Source of the DNA: Octopus vulgaris
Taxonomy: Eukaryota
NCBI GenBank assembly: GCA_951406725.2
Contig: OX597814.1
Coordinates: 179,180,001-179,244,000 of the forward strand
Direction of reading: 5' to 3'
Length of the DNA stretch: 64,000 bases
The notes under the pieces were generated by a model. It saw only the letters and a program-made list of their open reading frames with translations. It did not search any database and was not told the origin of the DNA. The position numbers and the translations under genes are program-made. This document shows positions 55,496 to 64,000 of this stretch, in pieces; within the stretch, counting starts at the first letter, position 1; the number at the start of each line of letters is the position of its first letter.

Positions 55496-56424
55496 TTCGT
55501 TTGTTTATACTGTTTTGTTCTCATTGTTCTATCTTTTACTGTTGTTACTTTTTTATTTTTTTATCTCATTAATGGATTTGTTCTGCGCTATTCCAGGTCA
55601 AATCTATCTATTGTAAAAAAGGGACTCAAGTTATTATATTCTTTACGTATAAAAGTGTAGAAAAACAAAAAAAAAGCGAGCCAGTGTTTCATTATGTAAC
55701 AATTTTTAGTTTAGCGATGAGAATCGTTCCGTGTACACTCTGTAGAATGCATTATGTGAAACAAACAGATAAATCAATGAAATAACGTGGAAACTCTTTG
55801 GAATGAATGGTACAGTTGACTAATCTCTCCCGAAACTATCATTATTACCAAACGCAAAGGGAGTATAGAGAGAACCAATAACCACCGATGTAACATTACT
55901 GTTGTAATGCAAAAATATAAGTAATTTTCTAAAACTAATGCCTTTAAATCAATATTTACAAACTGACTATCACGTGTATAAAGCCAAATCTCCTGATATA
56001 CATGTACAGAACAACAGAGAAATGAATTAAATATATATTATCTAATACATGTTAATTATTAAATATCAAATTATAACTGCAGAGTAAATTTGAGAGGCCA
56101 CAGTTTTGCAATTATAATTCTAAACAATTTCTGAAAACATGTCCGAAAATTGCTTTTACATTTCAGATATAACGTCAGTTATATGAGTGAACGAAATGCA
56201 AATTCATTGAACGAAATGCAATTAACGCAGGACTAAGTAATTAGAAATTATACTTATTAGAAAAGGTAAATGACTCAAGAAACATAATTAATTCGTCACG
56301 CAGTAAAATATATATAATTACTTCATATTCACCATTAAATAGTATCAGAGTACACTAATTAGCAGATTTCTTTACATAAAAAAAATATATATTTATATAT
56401 ATATACATATACATATTCATACAT

Positions 56425-56458
<34 letters not shown>

Positions 56459-56475
56459 GTATACATATATATGTG

Positions 56476-56529
<54 letters not shown>

Positions 56530-57578
56530 TATACATGTGTGTGTGTAAATATATAAAAGTGGAACCATATAAAAATTGAGGCGTATCAAAGTGAAGCATA
56601 TCGCACTTGATGACTAGACATTATGACACAAAACAACCGATAAACAATCCTTTCCATATGTTGTTTGATTTGCCAAACTAACGGCATATCGATATATTGA
56701 TCTGAATATGGAACAGCCTGAGGAACTGAGTAATTATAATTGTGTTGTATTGCCTAAATGTCCTGCATATTGCACGTCTTGCATAAACGCGTATACGAAG
56801 TCACGGGGCATTAAGATCTCACTGAAGCAACACTATATAAGCCATTCGTCTGTTCTTGATGGATGCATACACATACATATAACTACGTATGAATAAATGA
56901 TTGTATATATGTATGTATCATGCATGTGTGTGTGCATGTATATATGTATGCATGCATGCGTATTGCAGTGCCATCTTGCTAGATACGTTTATCGCAATTG
57001 TGAAACAAGAGAACTTAATATGCCGTGAATTGTAATTAATGTTAATTTAACAGCTTTGAGTGTTACTAAGATGCTAGATCGTCTCTCACAATTTGTAATT
57101 CTCTCTGATTGAAAAGCGCTTTTGATATTAATTCATCTGTTAAATAATATTACTCTGAAGTATGCATACATGCATATATACATGCATACATACATACATA
57201 CATTCATACATACATACATACAAATTTGCAGTTACTCTATCCAGATTACAAATTCAGGTTTATATCTGTAATTATTGGCGCCCTAGTATATGTAACACAG
57301 CCTAAATAGCAATCTTGAGACATTAGGCTTCTCAAAACCAGAAAGGAGAAAGGTGGAACTGTAAAACTCTGTAAAACCTCTGTATGTATGCATGTATGCA
57401 TGAGAATACATGCATACATACACAAATCTCCTGTTGATATTGTTGAAATCACAATGATGTTCCCTTGGATCTAGGTTAGAAACCAACTCCTTCTCTATTG
57501 GCAAGAAACCTTAAAATAAAATTGAATGATCACATACTTACATACATACATATATGCGTGTATGTGCGTTCGTGTGTA

Positions 57579-57630
<52 letters not shown>

Positions 57631-59786
57631 TGTGTGTGTGTGTATGTGTGCCTGCGTGCGTGTGTGTGTATATGTGTGTATGTGTGTGTGAGCAGATGCA
57701 TGTGTGTGAAGAAGGTGCTACGTCTTCACTCCGAAGTGAACGCTGCTTAAGCCAGGAAAAGCTGATATCATCAGACAATGTTCTGCCATCGGGTGTTTTG
57801 ACCATGAACCATGACAATTACGTTGGATGGTCAGCAGAGTTGGGGTAGCCAAATTACTGCTCATCTTCTCATGGGTTCTAGTTTTTCATGGGTTTTAGTT
57901 TCTTGATCCATAACCAGCAAGAGGCGCATTTTGTTGCCTCTCCCTTCTTGACTACAGCCACCTGTCTCATTACAATGGCTATAAGCATACTCCTACGCCC
58001 AATCTCAGCTAGCAAAATTCATGACTACCATCCATTCCCACTGCAATCTTATAGAAGGCTCTCGTATTAAGCTGGCACGCTCCCATGCGAAGACCTGATC
58101 ATACACTTCTTTCCTCAGCAGAGCAAGTTTGGTCAAGTTTATTTCCCTTGTCTTTTTAATCCACAACATTTAGTCTGGCTTCAGGGCAACCTGCATAATT
58201 TCTCCAGAGTCAAACAATTAATATAAGATATTTCAGGACATAGTGGTGAATAGATAACGAAAAAATAAAAATATGGCTTACTTTCATCAGAAATAACCAC
58301 TCAGAGCTTGGAACCATTGTGTATAGCGATCTCAAAGTTCATCTTTGAGAAGGCTACAAGTGTATCGTCCTCTTCTAGAATTATGTTCCGAAGCATAGAT
58401 TACAAAGAGATTTCACTTTGGTATTTCGCAGCACGCGTTCAACAGATTTGTAGCTAAAAGAATATTAAATATGGAAACACGTCGACGTCTTTAGTGTGAA
58501 TGCTATTGGTTTAGAGGTACTGAAAATGCTTATTTTACACTCCTGCTCTTGAACATTACTGGTACTAAGTCTTATGAAGACTGAAAGGTTATTAACTGCG
58601 GAGCAAGTTTAATAATTCAGAGAGGTATGTCTAATCTTGGGACGTGAATAAAAATAACAATACAAGGAAGTTATCTACGTTTGAAAATCCCATCACATTT
58701 TAATTGAAATTTCTATTTCGTTTCAATACGATTCTTTTAATATAGGAACTTAATTGCTCTGTAATTGAAAACGCATTCCATAAAGAACAAAGTAAAGATG
58801 CAGAGGAAAGCTTTATCCTGTACAGACAGGTTATTTCTTGCTAGAAGAGAATGAACTGCATCACATTTGGTCTGAGTGTAAGTAACGAACGACGTGCTTC
58901 TAGAAAAGAAAGCTAATTACCCAGTTACAATACTTACAAGCTAGTTTCCATTTGCTATAAACGTCGTAGTTGGTGGCATATGACAAAGTTGTAAGCAGTA
59001 AATACATTTATGTGCTTACTCCTGGAGGATGGTTTTTACCTTCGCTATGCACTATATGTATTTTCAAATGAGCGGGTAAAAAAATCCTGTGCCGCACAAA
59101 TGCCACCGTCATGCTTCTAGTAATGCATGTATGTACATGCGTTTCCGCGCGCTTGAGTGAGACTTCAAGTTTTATATATTAATTAACGCCTGCGTTTGTA
59201 TGTGTGTGATTAATTTACGAAAATATATACGCGCACTTCAATAGATATTTTCACATTAATTGCGTCATTGAAATGAATTTGATACGTAAATGCAACGTTA
59301 ATAAAAGAGCAAGCAGATATTTGGTTAGTATCAATACCATGAACAATAAATTTGCAATGTCAGCCATGTTAATGCAATAAAATTAGAAACAAAACCAAAA
59401 TTAATTCATTGAAGTATCTAAAATTAATAGAATTCAATTAGTTTAAATATCCAATTATAATTCATAATGTCTAGTGTTTGTATTGGTTCATATAGCAGAA
59501 TTTGTTGTTCAAGTAAGGCACTAGTTAAATCTAAGCAAGCCTATTGAAACCATTCAGTTCTGTTTAATTAAATCAATATATATTGCCGCTGACTTATTGA
59601 TGGCACTGATAATGAATAGTTATATAAACAAATTGCTTGATAGACAAACAGAAAACAAAGTAGACAGAAAAGCAGACAAAGAAACACGTAGCTATATACA
59701 TAGGTAGAATATAGGTAAGTAGAAATATAGAATAATAGATAGGCAGAGAGATAGACAGACAGACAGATAGATAGACAGATAGATAT

Positions 59787-60368
59787 GTTTCTTTATTAGC
59801 CACACAGGGCTGCACACAGATAGAACAAATTACAAGGTAGAGCTTTTCTTTTGAAGGGTTAGAAAAAAAAAAAAAAAAATGGAAGGGGAGAGTTTCGATC
59901 AAAAGGGATCGTAAAAGGAGAGAAAGAGGACAAAAAAAGGGGGGTTAAAAAAAAAGGGGGGAGGAAAAAAAATTGATCAATAGGGATCGTTATCACAGAA
60001 ATGTCAATATGAAGTGTAAAGGGGAGGACAGGTGAGGTTTACCCGTGGAAAGGAAAGCCTACGGAAAAGACCACGGTAACCTCGGTCAATGAAGTCACAT
60101 TTTATATTTCTTTTTTTTTTTTTTTTTTTTGCAAATAAGCAACTCTCTGTTTTCGATTTCTGGGTTCATAGGACTATGCTCAAGGTGGCTTCGTCATTCA
60201 TACGTGCCATTCTTGCTACATTCACCCATCTTTTTTAAAACATTCGCTAGACAAAACTTGCCTCTCTACTCTCACTTTCCTTTTCAAGTGGTACTTGAAG
60301 AAGTTGATGAGAGATTGACCAGAGAGGAAAGTGTTTGTCTCCAATCCTTTCAGACGCGTCCACCAGAT
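59787..60368 (-). mobile_element. Short 5'-truncated copy of the same Tx1-clade LINE, in (GATA/GACA)n
   Basis: Highly similar to 50797-51450, with GATA repeats on both sides. Confidence 0.88.
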
Positions 60369-60372
60369 AGAC

Positions 60373-60454
<82 letters not shown>

Positions 60455-60973
60455 ACAGACAGATAGATGTTAAGTAATATTGAAAGTGACAATACGGATA
60501 ACTAGATAAAGAAAAGTATATGTGTGTGTATGTGTATGCGGGCGTGTGTATGTGCGTGTATGTGTGTATATTTAGCTAGATATATGCGTGAATCTGTGTA
60601 TCAGAAAAATATTCCGTTCTACTACTTATATTAATTACTCTTAAACGTGAAAGCATTTGCAGTTTCAAATATACATATATACGCACGTACATATATTCAT
60701 AGGGACATACACACACATATGTACACACATAAACATACGCACATATATAAGCATGCATATATATATATATATGTGTGTGTGTGTACGTATTTATATATAC
60801 CTATGTGTATATATATTTATATATATACATATTTTGATTTGAAAGCCCCACTAGAATGGGAGAAAGCAATAATGATTTAAGTGATATGATATATATGTAA
60901 AAAATTTAATATATAAATAAATATCTGTAAATATAAACCATCCGATCTTCTGATTACCTCATTTCTTCTAATA

Positions 60974-61030
<57 letters not shown>

Positions 61031-61315
61031 TATATTTTTTAAACCGATATACCTTTTAATGTATTAATTGATTAATATTTTACCGACAATTACTTACCTG
61101 GGTATTCAGGGTCTGTCCTTCTTTATAATCTATTTTCGATTTAAGGTCTTCTTCGATCATGTTTTTATACTGCAGTTTGTTGATTGCATTCAACCTTCAT
61201 GAAAAAGACCATTTGTGGAAAGGACCAATGAAAAAAAACCATTTTCAAATGTGTATCTATTAAACTATTTGTATACTTTTGCTTATAACCTTATTTTTAT
61301 TTCATTTTAAACAAA

Positions 61316-61355
61316 ACTGTCCGACGAACGAGAATCTGAAACTCTGAGTAACAGT
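61316..61355 (+). ncRNA. Variant or degenerate type I hammerhead motif
   Basis: ACUGU-CCGACGA-..-GAAA-CUCUGA-GUA-ACAGU. Perfect stem I and palindromic stem III, but a U4C core change and a weak stem II. Confidence 0.55.
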
Positions 61356-61394
61356 ATTTGTGATACTTTTGCTGCTTTTTAATAAAATATCTAT

Positions 61395-62150
61395 ACACTG
61401 TATGCATGTATATAAGAAACTTTATAGATTCTGTAATACCCCGAACGTCAAGGTTAGCTATTCATATTTAGATACTGTCGCTTCAAATATCTCACGTGGC
61501 AATAAACTCCACACCACACCCCAGCCTCTAACTGTCATATTCTATTTTACCTAGTATCCTTCTATTTTACCAGCTTAGTCACATCACCTTGGTTGTTTCA
61601 GCCCTTCCCGTATTAATTTTACCTTTGTCCACGTTCCCGTTCTATATATTTATAAGAGACCATTCCGACATAACATTCATCAGCCAACCGTGAATCACTG
61701 GATTTATAAACACATTTACATTTACTTCTATTCCGTTAAAATGCTATTATAAGCGTACCTACTCAACTGGTCCTCTTGGCTAGTGAGAATATGATTTACC
61801 TTAATGTTCTCATGTTTACTTAAAATGTCTATATTTATAACTTTGAAGTAAAGAGGAATTGTGATCATCTGAGAGGAACAAATGACACGCTCCAGTAAAG
61901 TGTTACATCTGGAATGACAACGGCAAAAAAGAGTAAAGTGTAGACCGAGACTATGAGGAATATATTAAAGCAAATATATCATAAATATAACTTTGAACGG
62001 GCTAAATGAGTTGGCTGGTAATCGGACTATTTCAAGAAAAGTTTTCCCCCCTTTCTTGTTTTTGCTTTAACTGAAAGAATTCTACGCAGTATCTAAAATG
62101 ATCTCCATCACTTTTACCTTGAGCGGTGTGCTTCTATTATTTACAACCAG
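61395..62150 (+). mobile_element. Penelope-like element ORF remnant
   Basis: KKLYRFCNTPNVKVSYSYLD....I..GNK (ORF 61360-61554), then faint SENMIY and CFCLTERI remnants. Adjacent to the hammerhead motif at 61316. Confidence 0.55.
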
Positions 62151-63214
62151 TCTGTCAAATTATCTTTTTGCTGCTGTAATTTACCGGGCAGGATATTTTC
62201 TCGGTAGCTTTTTGGTATTATCACCGTCATTCCTCTTTCGTTATATGCATTTAAAATCATTATCTTGCTGCTAAATAATGGGTTAAACAAGAAATGGAAA
62301 ATATTAGGTAACTGGGCGTATTCCAATTAGTTATCCAACGGGAGAGATAACCGGATTCGGCACTGGAGCTGTGTTATTCTGTAGTAAGATACAGTTTATG
62401 CTACCTTGATTAGGTAGTGATTAAATGAAGCGCGAAAAAGTCACGTTTTGTATAGTTTCTGTGTCTGTTATGAATGTTGGTAAATGACCAGAAAATCAAA
62501 ATATTAGATATCAGAGAGAAATTTCTGCATCAAAGATGTCTGACCTGCACATATCTACGCACACAGAACTCTCCACATTTCTCTCACTAAGGCACATAAG
62601 CAAGCAAACAAAATCGCATATATAATATAGAAACGAGTTCGTATATATGAATGAATTGCTTTCTACAGTATTGTATTAGATCCGTACTAAACGTTTTCAT
62701 ATAAATATATCTTTGAGCTGCCGGTTTGCTTCGCTAAACAGCACTTCTCTGCTCATTATTTAATAAAATATTCAGGTAGCTAACGAGTAATTAAATCAGA
62801 TTTCACGAATGAATTAAGCTACAATTTCCGTTTCACTCTAAAGAAATTCACATTTTAGTTATGAATCCATTAGAAGATTCAGAAAACAATATTACAAAAC
62901 GAAGCTTGTAATGCAATGTGGAATATATTGATATTAGTAAAGGTATATTGTAGTACCGTAACACAATGACAAATGAAGCGCAATGAGTCCTTTCTTTGAA
63001 TACGTGAAGCATTCTGGTAAACAATTATATTGAAGTATACCAAAGAGGGAATAATATAAAGTGAAATAAATTAAAATTAGTTGAATATTTACATAGGGGA
63101 TATCTTTTAACGCTTTCACAATGTGTGACATATATTCTGCTTTTGTATTTGGCGCATGAGATTGCTATTCCAGAATATTGCCCTCTGTATTACAAGTAAA
63201 TAAGTAGGCTAAAG

Positions 63215-63393
<179 letters not shown>

Positions 63394-63394
<1 letters not shown>

Positions 63395-63636
63395 TCACCG
63401 TGATCACCGTGACCGACCAGGCTATCAGATGTTGCTACACATCGCTGGTTAGGATGCGCTTTGCAATGTTTTAGCCTTCAAATGACGCCACCCCGCTGGC
63501 TAAGTGAGCAGGCCAACAGAAGAAAGAGTGAGAGAAAGTAGTAACGAAAGAGTACAACAGGGATCGCCACCACCCTCTGCCAGAGACCCGTGGACCTTTA
63601 AGTGTTTTCGCTCAATAAACACTCGCAACGCCCGGG
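63394..63636 (-). mobile_element. Probable SINE fragment (third family)
   Basis: GC-rich island between microsatellites. Minus strand GGCGTTGCGAGTGTTTATTGAGCGAAAACACT resembles a post-tRNA SINE body. Single copy in this window. Confidence 0.45.
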
Positions 63637-63655
63637 CTATTGCGCCTCAACTATA

Positions 63656-63708
<53 letters not shown>

Positions 63709-63923
63709 CAGTGGCTTAGCATGCGTAAAAATATAGCGCTAAAAAATTATCAATTAATAATTAAGGGTACTAACAAGAATTACCAGCATGCAAAATATAG
63801 GTGTCAAAATGACCAAACCACGAATTTTCACTTAAATACAATGGTGAAAGCGGGCAAAAGAATAAAAATCCTAAAACCCCGTACCAATGACGAAAGTAAT
63901 CGAAAATTTAAAAAGCCAGACAT

Positions 63924-63981
63924 ACCCGTATCACCGTGATTTCGAACTTTGAGAACAAGTCTTAGTTTATCTTCAGCGAGT
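63924..63981 (-). ncRNA. Type I hammerhead ribozyme motif in a pLTR-like element running off the window end
   Basis: ACUCG-CUGAAGA-UAAACU..AGUUC-GAAA-UCACGGUG-AUA-CGGGU. Stem I, palindromic stem III AUCAC-G-GUGAU, AUA triplet. A-C mismatch at the base of stem II. Confidence 0.7.
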
Positions 63982-64000
63982 CTTACTGACACCAGAGTTA

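Noticed and set aside
57710-58200. Possible decayed non-LTR retrotransposon on the minus strand (SFSWLKQRSLRSE)
   Set aside because: Only one weak motif, too little to assign a family.
61098-61200. Minus-strand open stretch ending in CAG|GTAAGT
   Set aside because: No clear acceptor site, and it sits in a pLTR-like region next to (TA)n.
62141-62326. Possible host exon
   Set aside because: No recognisable homology, no convincing splice-site pair, and no partner exons.

Overview
AT-rich, microsatellite-dense eukaryotic non-coding DNA. The SINE families look like those of octopod cephalopods, which is an inference from repeat content. I found no host protein-coding gene, and most ORFs in the supplied track are microsatellite artefacts. 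The window is largely layered transposon debris. DNA transposons: a DD34D mariner interrupted by a Tx1/L1-clade LINE, a near full-length Chapaev3-type element, a decayed maT/Tc1-like element, Helitron-like non-autonomous elements and MITE-like inverted repeats. Retroelements: about five R4/Dong-like LINE pieces in (TAA)n tracts, two Tx1 copies in (GATA)n tracts, CR1 and HERO-like fragments, three Penelope-like ORF remnants and two tRNA-derived SINE families. There is also a 5'-truncated tRNA-Gly(TCC). Four observations stand out. (1) A 728-bp near-perfect palindrome at 28228-28955 carries an intact type-I hammerhead ribozyme on each strand and sits in the (TA)n core of a SINE; four further hammerhead-like motifs of different sequence occur elsewhere. 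(2) One SINE subfamily has a 3' tail matching the 3' end of the local Tx1 LINEs. (3) Those Tx1 copies appear to target (GATA)n. (4) An unexplained, diverged ~600-bp duplicate lies at 24.8-25.4 kb and 26.6-27.2 kb.
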